64,000 bases of DNA. Source: a candidate division WWE3 bacterium RAAC2_WWE3_1 (GTDB lineage Bacteria > Patescibacteriota > WWE3 > UBA101185 > UBA10185). The stretch is taken from NCBI GenBank assembly GCA_000503835.1, contig CP006914.1:465680-529679 (forward strand), written 5' to 3'. The notes below the pieces were generated by a model. That model searched no databases, was not told where the DNA came from, and saw only the letters and a program-made list of their open reading frames with translations. Shown in pieces: positions 20,318-29,580 of the stretch (positions are counted from its first letter, which is position 1; the number at the start of each line of letters is the position of its first letter). Made by a program: the position numbers and the translations under genes.

Positions 20318-20330
20318 CATGACTTTTTGC
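20318..20330 (+). promoter_or_regulatory. Extended -10 promoter (TGCTATAAT) for the small basic ORF
   Basis: tttTGCTATAATgacg ~55 nt upstream of ATG at 20384; AGGAG Shine-Dalgarno 6 nt before the ATG. Confidence 0.35.
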
Positions 20331-20383
20331 TATAATGACGCTACTCGCGATTTTTAGTGCTACTCTTCAGACAGGAGATTAGG

Positions 20384-20641
20384 ATGCAGAAAGATAGAAA
20401 GATGAGTACAGCAGGAAAGAGCAAAACATGGCCGTTTGAGACCTGGGACAAGTGCTCCGCCACGGAAAGGGCTGAAATTGCAGTCAAAGCTGTAGACCCA
20501 AAGTGCGGGTTTGATACTGTAAAAAAGGCAACGGAATTTGCCCAAATGGACTCTCACGGTCTCCGGGAAAAATATCCTTGTGCCTGGCGGGGCATCTTCC
20601 GATACATCCAGCGCATAGGTCTTAAAACCAGACGCAGGTAG
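20384..20641 (+). CDS. Small basic Cys-containing hypothetical protein (85 aa)
   Basis: Internal Met of track ORF 20357..20641, preceded by AGGAG; the local GC is elevated. Confidence 0.4.
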   Translation: MQKDRKMSTAGKSKTWPFETWDKCSATERAEIAVKAVDPKCGFDTVKKATEFAQMDSHGLREKYPCAWRGIFRYIQRIGLKTRRR

Positions 20642-20682
20642 AATGCAAGCAATGCTTTAGATCCTGAGAATGGGGTTTCGTA

Positions 20683-21198
20683 TCAGAGAAAATTCAAATT
20701 TTCCGAGAGCGGGACCCCTATTTTTTTAATCCCGTCCAACTCTTCGGAAGAAAAATCGTTCAGAACAAAGTCGTCCACCGGCAGATTTGAACCGATGCGC
20801 GGCCGGCCTATACCGACCCTTATTCTCTTAAAATCCTTTGTCCCTAAGGAATCCATTATGCTCATAACACCTTTGTGGCCGGCGTGTCCTGCCCCTACCT
20901 GTTCTTTTCTCTGCCCAAACGGTAAATCGACATCGTCATGTATCACGCATATATCGGGGGTGTCTATACCGAAATATTCCTTTACCAGGCTCACCGCTTC
21001 TCCGGAGTTGTTCATAAAAGTCCGGGGTTTGACTAAAATGTACTCCCCGGTCTTGCAAATCTCCGATTTTAATTTCGGGGACGCATCCCAGGAGAGCCCA
21101 TGAGCAGAAACAATTTCGTCCAGTATGATAAATCCGGTGTTATGACGGGTCTTGGAATATTTTTTATCGGGGTTTCCGAGGCCGACGAGCATCTTCAT
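20683..21198 (-). CDS. pth: Peptidyl-tRNA hydrolase
   Basis: MKMLVGLGNPDKKYSKTRHNTGF... is the Pth signature. Confidence 0.9.
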   Translation of the reverse strand: MKMLVGLGNPDKKYSKTRHNTGFIILDEIVSAHGLSWDASPKLKSEICKTGEYILVKPRTFMNNSGEAVSLVKEYFGIDTPDICVIHDDVDLPFGQRKEQVGAGHAGHKGVMSIMDSLGTKDFKRIRVGIGRPRIGSNLPVDDFVLNDFSSEELDGIKKIGVPLSENLNFL

Positions 21199-21551
21199 AG
21201 CCCGGCGTCCTTTTTAACAGGCTTACCGTGAACGGTATTTTCGTCGTCGTCGTGATGATGCACACCAAGCAGGTGCAATACACCGTGGGCTACGAGCTCC
21301 GACACCTCGGTTTCAACATCATTGCCATACTTATCCGCCTGCCTTAAAGCCTGTTCCTTGTTAACTACCACATCGCCGAGATAAAACGACCCGTCTTCCT
21401 GTTTCTCATTTATTGGAAAGGACAGGACATCTGTCGTGTTATCCCTGTCAAGGTATTTTTTGTTTAACTCCTGAACTGCCTTATCGCCTGTAATGGTAAC
21501 GGAAATGACGATGTCATCCATGTTCAGTTTCTCAGGTAAATTTTTTTTCAT
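21195..21551 (-). CDS. ybeY: rRNA maturation endoribonuclease YbeY
   Basis: DVLSFP...GDVVV...HGVLHLLGVHHHDD zinc-binding motif. Confidence 0.85.
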   Translation of the reverse strand: MKKNLPEKLNMDDIVISVTITGDKAVQELNKKYLDRDNTTDVLSFPINEKQEDGSFYLGDVVVNKEQALRQADKYGNDVETEVSELVAHGVLHLLGVHHHDDDENTVHGKPVKKDAGL

Positions 21552-21881
21552 CTACCTTCTGGGAGGAAAATTAACCGGCTGTTCAAGCTCGAACGGGAAC
21601 ATTTTGGCAAACTCCTCGTAAACCTCAAGTTCTTTTTTCTCTTTTTCTACCAAATCCGCCCTTCCGCCTTTTTCAAATAGCTCGGCGGCTTCTTTTCTAT
21701 TTTTTATCTGTTTGCGGATAACTTTAAAAACATCCTCATCGGTGAGGGGTTTTTGCTGGGCTCTAAGCTCAATTTCCTTATTCTGAACCTGAGAAATGAA
21801 ATACCTCAACACCCCGAGCTTAAACGCATCGCCGGACTTCTGAAGCTCGAAAACCATAGCTTTTAAATTATCGTAGATCAT
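21552..21881 (-). CDS. GatB/YqeY-domain protein
   Basis: ~110-aa YqeY-like protein directly downstream of rpsU, the conserved rpsU-yqeY pairing. Confidence 0.75.
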   Translation of the reverse strand: MIYDNLKAMVFELQKSGDAFKLGVLRYFISQVQNKEIELRAQQKPLTDEDVFKVIRKQIKNRKEAAELFEKGGRADLVEKEKKELEVYEEFAKMFPFELEQPVNFPPRR

Positions 21882-22069
21882 CCTCTAAGTTTCTCAAATT
21901 TAAACTTTCTTTCAAGTTCCTTGGATTTCTGTCTTTTTAATTCGCTTGGTTTCCTGTAGTGGGATCTGTCTTTTACTTCGTCAAGGATTCCGGATCTTTG
22001 CACTTCTCTATTGAACCTTCTTAAGGCCTGTTCCAAAGATTCACCGTTCCTTATTTTTATTTTCGTCAT
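21878..22069 (-). CDS. rpsU: 30S ribosomal protein S21
   Basis: MTKIKIRNGESLEQALRRFNREVQRSGIL... is the S21 signature. Confidence 0.85.
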   Translation of the reverse strand: MTKIKIRNGESLEQALRRFNREVQRSGILDEVKDRSHYRKPSELKRQKSKELERKFKFEKLRG

Positions 22070-22375
22070 TATAATAAGCAGCTCTTAATAATTAGTGCTA
22101 ATTAGCAGAGTCTGCTATTCAGTAGGCACCTCCAAACGCTTTATATTAAATAAAAACGTGCTTTCGTACTTATACACAATTCCGGCAGTTCGTGTCTCCT
22201 TGTGTTAACCATTTATAAACGGCCACTCGGGAGTCGTAAGAGTTTACCAGATATGTACGACAGTTTCCAGTATATTACCTGTGTCAATTTTTTACTATTT
22301 ATATACACCGCAAAAAGGCTTTTAATATAACTTAAACGGAGATGTTTCTAATTCTTGCAGGTACAATGATAATTA

Positions 22376-23530
22376 CTACCTTGTTACGTCTCTTATTGTT
22401 ATGAGTATCAAAAACCCCAGCAGAAAAACCATGCCAAGTCTGTGAAAAGCGGCTTCCATTTTAGGGTTTGGCTTCTTACGCGTTATGCCTTCGAACAGCA
22501 CAAATGCCGCCCTGCCCCCGTCCAGGGCGGGGAAAGGCAGTATATTGACGACTGCCAAGCTTAAAGACATCAGTGCTGTGTAATCAAACAATGTAAGCCA
22601 GGCATTGGGCCCTCCGTACTTCAGAACCATGTCTACAAGATTATAAATTCCTACCGGTCCGGATACACTCTCGGAAACAGGAGAAATGTCCTTAGTTTTA
22701 AATGAAAGGGAAACCATTTGGCCCAAAGTGTTCATGGAGTATCCCATCACATTGTATGAGTGATAAAAACCTACAAGGATTCTGTCGAGAGGCTTTTTGT
22801 ATGAAATGGACACTGACTCTCCAAGATATACCCCTATAATCGGTTTGCCGTCTTCATCTTTTGTAGGCGAAACCCGAACGTCCCGGATTTTTGTGTAGGT
22901 CGTGTCCTTCAAATCGGTCAAAGTAAGTTGGACGGGAGCTCCGTTGTACTCTGCCAAAACACTCTTAAACTGCGCGATGTCCGTAACCTTTCTTCCGTTC
23001 ACGGCTGCTACCGCCTCGCCTAGTGTCAGACCCGCTTTTTCCGCGGCCGACCCGGGCTGAATACCGGAAATGACCGTTCCAATTTTTGTAGTATCGCCGA
23101 ACTTAAAATCATAGTCAAAGATCAGAGGCATCTGGAAAGTCTTAAAACCGTTCACGAACATGAAAATATAGAAAATGACAACGGCCAGCACGATGTTCAT
23201 AAAAACACCCGCGATTAATATTATCCCCCGCTGTAGTGGTGTTTTCGATGCGAAACTTTTCGGGTCCGGCATGCCTGTTTTACCCAAGTCTTCCGTGTCA
23301 CCCCCACCCTGATCCATGTCCTCACCCGTGAGCTTTACAAAACCGCCAAAAGGTAAAAGGTTGATAGAATAAGTGGTTTCACCGAATTTCTTTCCCAAAA
23401 TACGCGGAGGAAGCCCCCACCCGAACTCTTCTACCCTGACACCGGCGGCTTTTGCGGCCACAAAATGCCCCAACTCGTGTATCAAAACCAAAACCGAAAG
23501 TATTAATAAAAAGATAAATAGGGTTGTCAT
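22376..23530 (-). CDS. rseP: RIP zinc metalloprotease RseP (site-2 protease, M50)
   Basis: HELGHFVAAK HExxH motif in TM1, a central PDZ domain and LDGG in the last TM. Confidence 0.85.
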   Translation of the reverse strand: MTTLFIFLLILSVLVLIHELGHFVAAKAAGVRVEEFGWGLPPRILGKKFGETTYSINLLPFGGFVKLTGEDMDQGGGDTEDLGKTGMPDPKSFASKTPLQRGIILIAGVFMNIVLAVVIFYIFMFVNGFKTFQMPLIFDYDFKFGDTTKIGTVISGIQPGSAAEKAGLTLGEAVAAVNGRKVTDIAQFKSVLAEYNGAPVQLTLTDLKDTTYTKIRDVRVSPTKDEDGKPIIGVYLGESVSISYKKPLDRILVGFYHSYNVMGYSMNTLGQMVSLSFKTKDISPVSESVSGPVGIYNLVDMVLKYGGPNAWLTLFDYTALMSLSLAVVNILPFPALDGGRAAFVLFEGITRKKPNPKMEAAFHRLGMVFLLGFLILITIRDVTR

Positions 23531-23549
23531 ATTTTTGTTTGGCGAAGCC

Positions 23550-24098
23550 TCACACCGTTAAAATCTCGGATCTTTTTGTTTCGCTGATCTCCTCTACCCC
23601 GTCGGTGAACTCCTTAACGATCTTTTCCGTTTCTTCCTTAAGACGAAACTTCTCGTCTTCTCCAATGCTCTTGTCGTTGAACATCTTTTCGATATCCTTC
23701 ATGGCATCCTGTCTTATGTTTCGTATCGAGTTTTTGCATTCCTCGGCTTTTACCCCGACAATCTTTGCCAACTCCCTGCGTCTTTCCTCGGTAAGCGAGG
23801 GCACCGGTATTCTTATTCTGTCACTCTCTTCTACAGGATTAAGGCTTGCCTGGCTTTCCCTGATAGATTTAGTAATGGATTTGATAAGACCTTTATCCCA
23901 TGGCGTAATGACAAGATTCTGCGGGTCTAAAACCGTAATAGAACCGACCTCTATGAGCATCATTTTCGTTCCGTATGCGTCTACCTGGATATTCTCAATG
24001 AGTGCGGGTGAAGCTCTTCCGGTCCTGATTTGGGACAATTCTCCCCGTAAAAATTCCCCGACCTTTGAAAGTTTTGATCTTAATTCGGAATTATTCAT
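23550..24098 (-). CDS. frr: Ribosome recycling factor
   Basis: ELSQIRTGRASPALIENIQVDAYG... is the RRF signature. Confidence 0.9.
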   Translation of the reverse strand: MNNSELRSKLSKVGEFLRGELSQIRTGRASPALIENIQVDAYGTKMMLIEVGSITVLDPQNLVITPWDKGLIKSITKSIRESQASLNPVEESDRIRIPVPSLTEERRRELAKIVGVKAEECKNSIRNIRQDAMKDIEKMFNDKSIGEDEKFRLKEETEKIVKEFTDGVEEISETKRSEILTV

Positions 24099-24146
24099 AT
24101 GTACTGAATAATATCAGGAAAATCCGGGCTTACCAACTGATTGTAA

Positions 24147-24608
24147 TTATTCCTCTCCGACGGAATATTTCACAAACTTTTTGAGCTCGATCTTTTCCCC
24201 AACCTTAGCGGTTGTCTCGTTCAGCAGATCCGATATTTTTTTTGAGGGATCTCTTATGTATTCATCGCTCAGAAGGTCCTCAACGGAGTTGTAATCGCCC
24301 GTTGCGGCCTGCATAGCCACCTCTTTGCAGAGCTTGTGAAAATCTTCTGTTTTAGCAACAAAATCGGTTTCACACGCCATGTAAATCAGAGTGCCGACCC
24401 TTCCTCCTGCATGTAGATACGCAAAAATCAGGCCGTCCTTGGTAATTCTGTCGGATTTTTTCGCAGCCTTAGAGCCGACTTTTTTCATTAATTCTTCCTT
24501 AGCATTGGCGTAATCTCCGGATGAGTTCTCCAGAGCTTGTTTTACTTCTAAAACACCGGCTCCGGTCTCTTCTCTTAAGTTTTTTATATCTTTTATGTTT
24601 AGTTCCAT
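24147..24608 (-). CDS. tsf: Elongation factor Ts (short form)
   Basis: IKNLREETGAGVLEVKQAL is the EF-Ts N-terminal UBA-like motif; 153 aa. Confidence 0.85.
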   Translation of the reverse strand: MELNIKDIKNLREETGAGVLEVKQALENSSGDYANAKEELMKKVGSKAAKKSDRITKDGLIFAYLHAGGRVGTLIYMACETDFVAKTEDFHKLCKEVAMQAATGDYNSVEDLLSDEYIRDPSKKISDLLNETTAKVGEKIELKKFVKYSVGEE

Positions 24609-24627
24609 TTTATCTCCTTATTAAAAT

Positions 24628-24728
24628 CACTTTTTGGAGTATTCTCCAAAATGCATACCACTTTTCGGGGTAATCCCCTGAAATGCGTACCACTTTTTAG
24701 AGTACTCTCCAAAATGCGTAATCATTTT
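24628..24728 (-). promoter_or_regulatory. rpsB-tsf intercistronic region with three copies of an AAATGCRTAMYCAYTTTT motif interleaved with three short hairpins
   Basis: Read directly: ttttggagtattctccaaaATGCATACCACTTTTcggggtaatccccTGAAATGCGTACCACTTTTtagagtactctccAAAATGCGTAATCATTTT. Confidence 0.4.
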
Positions 24729-25654
24729 GCAGTTTTTTTAGCCCGGGCCTTTTTGGGCGATTTCAACTCTTCGGCAGCTTTCTTTGGCATGTCTTCTTCT
24801 ATCTTCTCTATTTTCTTTGGCCCGTCCACTTCGACAAGCTTTTCTTCTATCTCTTCTACCTCGGCCGTGACAACCGGGCTTTCTGTAGTTGTAACTACAA
24901 CGTTTTCTTTTTCTTCCGTTGCGGCTTTAGTTTTCTTCGTTTCTTCAGCACCCTTTTTATCAAACTCTTTATACCCCTCTTCGACTGCGTCGGATACGGC
25001 GCGCATCAGCAACGCAACTGATTTTATAGCGTCATCGTTACCGGGAATAATGTGGTCTATTCCGGTAGGATCGGCGTTGGTATCGATTATGGCAACCACC
25101 GGAATCCCGGCGTTCTGAGCCTCTTTTACCGCTGTTCTTTCCCGTTTGGGATCTATGACAAACAGAACATCGGGGGTTTCGACAAGACTCAGGATTCCTC
25201 CGTAAACAAGGTTCATTTTCTCGGTTTCCCTGTCAATGAGAAGACATTCTTTTTTAGTGTATTTGTCGAACTCTCCTGTCTCTCTGCCGCGCATGTACTT
25301 GATCAGCTTGTCCAGGTTCTTTTTTATGGTAGGAAAGTTAGTGATTGTTCCGCCGATCCATCTCTCGTTCACAAACATAGCCCCGCTTCTTGCCGCTTCG
25401 GCCTGAATAATATCCTTAGACTGCTTCTTAGTTCCTACGAACACGATCTTTTTGCCTTCGGATGCCTGTTTATACAGGAATTCGCACGCTTCTTTCAATA
25501 GACGCTCGGTGTCTTCCAAATCAATAATATGAATATTCTTGCTGACAGTGTAGATATAGGGCTCCATCTTGGGGTGCCACCTTCTTATCTGGTGGCCGAA
25601 ATGGACACCTGCCTCAATTAACTCTTCTATTTTAGGTACTTTGTATTTAGACAT
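24722..25654 (-). CDS. rpsB: 30S ribosomal protein S2 with a Lys/Glu-rich C-terminal extension
   Basis: MSKYKVPKIEELIEAGVHFGHQIRRWHPKM is the S2 signature. Canonical rpsB-tsf-frr order. Confidence 0.9.
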   Translation of the reverse strand: MSKYKVPKIEELIEAGVHFGHQIRRWHPKMEPYIYTVSKNIHIIDLEDTERLLKEACEFLYKQASEGKKIVFVGTKKQSKDIIQAEAARSGAMFVNERWIGGTITNFPTIKKNLDKLIKYMRGRETGEFDKYTKKECLLIDRETEKMNLVYGGILSLVETPDVLFVIDPKRERTAVKEAQNAGIPVVAIIDTNADPTGIDHIIPGNDDAIKSVALLMRAVSDAVEEGYKEFDKKGAEETKKTKAATEEKENVVVTTTESPVVTAEVEEIEEKLVEVDGPKKIEKIEEDMPKKAAEELKSPKKARAKKTAK

Positions 25655-25837
25655 AGATTTACTTCCATGACGCCTCTATAGACGCATTCTATTAAATTTT
25701 AATACTTGGGAAACCGCGCAATTTTTATAAGTTTAATAGCGGGTTCCCTTTTATTTTTGGCGCCGCTTCGTGCGGCTCCTCACCTATGCCCTTTCGGGAG
25801 GGAGATATAGGCAATTGATAAGTTAACACAACGGACA

Positions 25838-26746
25838 CTAGTTGGCAACAATGTTACCCTGAGCGTATATTGCAGCGTCGAAAAATCCCGGAACATGGTT
25901 ATAGGAACGTATAGTCTCTATCACCTTCACGACCTGCTGTTGAACATCGGCCGATGACTTAAGGGTGGCCTTTGATGTAATTTTGAAACCCTGGGTCGGG
26001 AGGTCAAAGGAAGACGCAGGAAAAACTCCGACCTTTGAATCTCCGCCAATCGACATAATATTTATAAAGCTCGGGGCTGAAGGAATATTTACGGTCGTGC
26101 ACCGTGTGTATTCTCCCGTTCCACCCACAGCATCCTTAGACCCGGATACCTTAAGAGCAGGGTCCAATATGTTGCCGGGAGGGATCACCAAGGCTTTGCC
26201 AAGAAGAGCTGACGGGCTCCACAACGTATAGTATAGGGCGGTATTATTTCCGGCCGATGGCTGGTTTCTCCAGCACAGATTCAGGCTCGATCCGGCGTAA
26301 TTGAGCAGAGCAACCGTCGAAAACGTACCGTTCTTAAGTTCTGTAGAATAGTGAGAACTGGGTGTTGTTTCGTTGTAGGTAAAAGATTCTACTGTGACAG
26401 CTGTTCTTGTTTCCACACTACCGCTTGCTCCAAGAAAAAAGACACACTCCCCCGATGTTAAAGTTGCCTGCGTGGTGCTTCCGCAAGAGGTTTTTGTCGC
26501 GATAACGGCAAGCTCACTTGCAGGTAAGCCTACGAATCTTTCTATCCCCGCTTCTGCCGCGTAGTACACTTTTGCCTGCGTATCGGTCGATGATACCCTT
26601 TTAGTAACAGAAAGGGTTCTGGTGGCGACTGAGACTCCTACAACCATAGATATTGTGAGGGCGACGACTACGAACAACAGAGCCTGGCCTCTATTGTCGG
26701 TCAGTGGTTTGGTTGTAGTATGAACATGCAACGGCATTATAATCAA
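25838..26746 (-). CDS. PilX-like minor pilin / pseudopilin (PilX_N-type N-terminal domain)
   Basis: N-terminus RGQALLFVVVALTISMVVGVSVATRTLSVTKR...AKVYYAAEAGIE matches the PilX N-terminal domain pattern (RGxALxxxL..hydrophobic..R.S/T..E.....A.AAEAG). The remainder is Ser/Thr/Gly-rich. Confidence 0.55.
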   Translation of the reverse strand: MIIMPLHVHTTTKPLTDNRGQALLFVVVALTISMVVGVSVATRTLSVTKRVSSTDTQAKVYYAAEAGIERFVGLPASELAVIATKTSCGSTTQATLTSGECVFFLGASGSVETRTAVTVESFTYNETTPSSHYSTELKNGTFSTVALLNYAGSSLNLCWRNQPSAGNNTALYYTLWSPSALLGKALVIPPGNILDPALKVSGSKDAVGGTGEYTRCTTVNIPSAPSFINIMSIGGDSKVGVFPASSFDLPTQGFKITSKATLKSSADVQQQVVKVIETIRSYNHVPGFFDAAIYAQGNIVAN

Positions 26747-29502
26747 TTCCCTTTCTGTGAAAAATCAAATACAAAGAGAGGGCTCAGGTCGGGAATGCTG
26801 TTCGCTATTCCTATTTTGTTAAGCTCCGTTAAATAAAATGGATTGAATTTTACAAACAATGCCGGTCTGACCTCGTTTACGACGGCAGTCAAGTCTCTGT
26901 CAAGGTTGATATCGGCTCCGCTAATTAACGGACCGTCAATTATTAGAGTACCGGGAGAGGATGAACTGGTAGAAGGGTTGTTTTTTACTGTAATATTCCC
27001 GGTGGTTATGATTGACGCACTAACCTGCGATGCTGTGGTTTTAGCGTTTCCTGACGTACTCCCGGAAACCAAACTGCCTATTTCAATATTCCTATCGGCG
27101 ATTATCACAAGACGTCCGCCGGCAGCCGGTGTTAAATCATTTATTACAAAGGTTGTACCCCCGCTTTTAGGCACGACCAAAAATGCCAGTCCGCCCGAAA
27201 CCGTATACGAAAGCCCGTCGGGAATACTATTTACGGTCTTACTAAGTACCGTAACAGAATTTGGTGAATAAGATGCCGGGACGCTGGTTTTAGCCCCCGT
27301 TCCCGCCTTGGCATACAATGCTTCAACCAACGACCTGAGATTTGAACTCAAATATTTATCGTTTTTCTTTCTAAAACTCGAACCTTGGCCTAAATTAGCA
27401 TTGGTTGCAGAAATGTTTGACTCCGAAAGTCTCGAGGGACCTACGGAAATCGATTCACCCGTAAATATCGATGACGAGCCAAGAGAACCGGGCGTAGTTG
27501 ACGGATTGTACCCCAAAGTAAAGTAGGCAGGTGTTTCGGTCGGGTTCGTATATACAGGACAAAGGGGGTTAGTTGCTGTAGTACACGCAACCGGAGGAAG
27601 TGACATTAAAATACTATTCGCATAAACATCGCTTGAGTACGCGGCCGCCCACTTTTTTGCGGTTATTTCGCGAAGTCCTATGTTTATGGTCTGATTTATA
27701 GGTGAGGTGTGTGCGAAATTCGTAGTTGTGAGACCCGTAGCACCGGTATCGGCTATACCATTAACGCAAGCGAGTCTATACACAGGAGGCGAAGCTATGT
27801 TAGACAAAGCCAAATTATTCACGTAACCGTAAACACCGGTAATGCTATACGTATTATTAATGCCGGAAGAACGCCCTGTGTAGTTTGCAGTTATAGTACC
27901 CGATGTCAACGTACCTGATCCGCCGGAAGCCTGATTAGTTGCACAATACGTATCGTTTATTGTAGTTCCGGGTGGTATTTTCCAAACTCTGCCGCTTATG
28001 GTTCTATATACGGGGTTGATAGAAACACTTCTACTGACAACAACGCCGTACTGGTCAGAAACATTAAATGTTAGGTTGCCTGAAACTGCAGTGCTTGGGG
28101 CTACCCACAATACTGGAAATCTTAACGCGCCCCCCCAGGCCATCATTGAATAAGTACTTCCTCCGTTCGACGTGGTAACCGTGCTTGGGCTTATTACGTC
28201 ATAGCCATCATCCGTGTCACCCCTGTCGTATTGAACCCAGCTCGCATTCTCCGCCTCGACGACGTAAGGATACCAATCCCACATCGGGTCGTCTTGAAAA
28301 AAACTCAAGTTGTCTACAAAAATGTCTGTACCCGTCCTTGTTACCGGATCCCATATATCATTTATAAACTCAAAGTCAAAGTGACTATATGTATTAATGT
28401 CTCCCCACGGCAACCCTACATAGAACCACTTTGGCGTCGACGAATCGATAAGAATGTCTGTGGCACCGCCTCTCCATGCATCCGCTATAAGGACCCTCGC
28501 ACCGGTATCTTTTCGCCAGCCATATATCCTTGCAATCGGCCACTGCCCGTTATATTGATTTCCATAAGCTCTAAATTCGATAACAGAGGTTTGCCTTAAA
28601 TTACCCAAACCTGCCGTTAATGTTGAGGGAATCTTTATAGCCCCGTTAGGATCGGGGTCGGTTATGCCGACTTTGACCGGATATACCTCACCCGCCGAGG
28701 TATAACTTATTGACGTCGGGGATAAAGTGACGGTAGGCGGTGTGTTTGGAACGGCCCACCACCACAAATAGTTAGATCCGGTCGTGATGTTTAGTCCAGA
28801 AGCAAGACATCCGCTTCCGGATTTTGCGTCACTTGCAGAGCTACTTGTGCTATAAGACCACCTTACAGTACCGCAGTTAACACTACCGGGTAAAGTCCCA
28901 ACCAAAGTTACATCTTTTGCTCCTGTAACAATATCGTTTGAAACAGAGTATGCCCCTGCCCCATCACACAACCAACCCGTACCGGGGATTACATTGCTCC
29001 CCCCTATTGTATTATTTAAAGTGTCGCTTTTGTATACTGCACACGCGGATGTTGAGTTTGCCCAGGTTTCACCGCTTCCGTTCGGCTGGTTGTCTCTGTT
29101 GTAGTCGGAGAACATTCTGCCGGTGATTTTGCCGTATGTTGGACCTCCACCAGGTTCACTGCCTGATGTAGTACACTTATCACAGGTACCCCAATATTGG
29201 GAGTAGTTAATTTCGCTGCTACACGCTTTAGTGCAATCACCAAAAGCACAACATGTCCAACGTCCACTACATATTATCGCAGTATAACCCGCGTCCGAAC
29301 AAGCAAACGAAGGACAGCCACCGCCGGTATAACAGTAACCATCTTTGCTCATAGTTTCCCACCCGTAATTAGGAATAAAATCATCGCACCCATCACTACA
29401 ATCAGCTCCTACAGCCAAAATCCTACCGGATAAAAAAACGGGAAGAAAAACTAACACCGATAAAAAAAGAAGATGATAAATAAAATACCGATACCTTCCC
29501 AT
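26743..29502 (-). CDS. Large secreted Cys-rich, Ser/Thr/Gly-rich protein; putative pilus-associated adhesin
   Basis: Signal peptide, a dense Cys cluster in the first ~110 aa and 919 aa. Overlaps the downstream PilX-like gene by 4 nt, indicating an operon. Confidence 0.6.
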   Translation of the reverse strand: MGRYRYFIYHLLFLSVLVFLPVFLSGRILAVGADCSDGCDDFIPNYGWETMSKDGYCYTGGGCPSFACSDAGYTAIICSGRWTCCAFGDCTKACSSEINYSQYWGTCDKCTTSGSEPGGGPTYGKITGRMFSDYNRDNQPNGSGETWANSTSACAVYKSDTLNNTIGGSNVIPGTGWLCDGAGAYSVSNDIVTGAKDVTLVGTLPGSVNCGTVRWSYSTSSSASDAKSGSGCLASGLNITTGSNYLWWWAVPNTPPTVTLSPTSISYTSAGEVYPVKVGITDPDPNGAIKIPSTLTAGLGNLRQTSVIEFRAYGNQYNGQWPIARIYGWRKDTGARVLIADAWRGGATDILIDSSTPKWFYVGLPWGDINTYSHFDFEFINDIWDPVTRTGTDIFVDNLSFFQDDPMWDWYPYVVEAENASWVQYDRGDTDDGYDVISPSTVTTSNGGSTYSMMAWGGALRFPVLWVAPSTAVSGNLTFNVSDQYGVVVSRSVSINPVYRTISGRVWKIPPGTTINDTYCATNQASGGSGTLTSGTITANYTGRSSGINNTYSITGVYGYVNNLALSNIASPPVYRLACVNGIADTGATGLTTTNFAHTSPINQTINIGLREITAKKWAAAYSSDVYANSILMSLPPVACTTATNPLCPVYTNPTETPAYFTLGYNPSTTPGSLGSSSIFTGESISVGPSRLSESNISATNANLGQGSSFRKKNDKYLSSNLRSLVEALYAKAGTGAKTSVPASYSPNSVTVLSKTVNSIPDGLSYTVSGGLAFLVVPKSGGTTFVINDLTPAAGGRLVIIADRNIEIGSLVSGSTSGNAKTTASQVSASIITTGNITVKNNPSTSSSSPGTLIIDGPLISGADINLDRDLTAVVNEVRPALFVKFNPFYLTELNKIGIANSIPDLSPLFVFDFSQKGN

Positions 29503-29580
29503 ACAAATATGCTACACCAAAAAAAATAACACGTAAACGAAATATTTATAATATTACAGAGTCTTCATCAGGCTAATTTT

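Noticed and set aside
25655-25837. Hairpin GCCGC-ttcgt-GCGGC with an adjacent T-run as a terminator between the pilin gene and rpsB
   Set aside because: The T-run precedes the hairpin on the plus strand and an A-run follows it on the minus strand, so it does not form a canonical intrinsic terminator in either orientation. It may be part of the rpsB leader structure.
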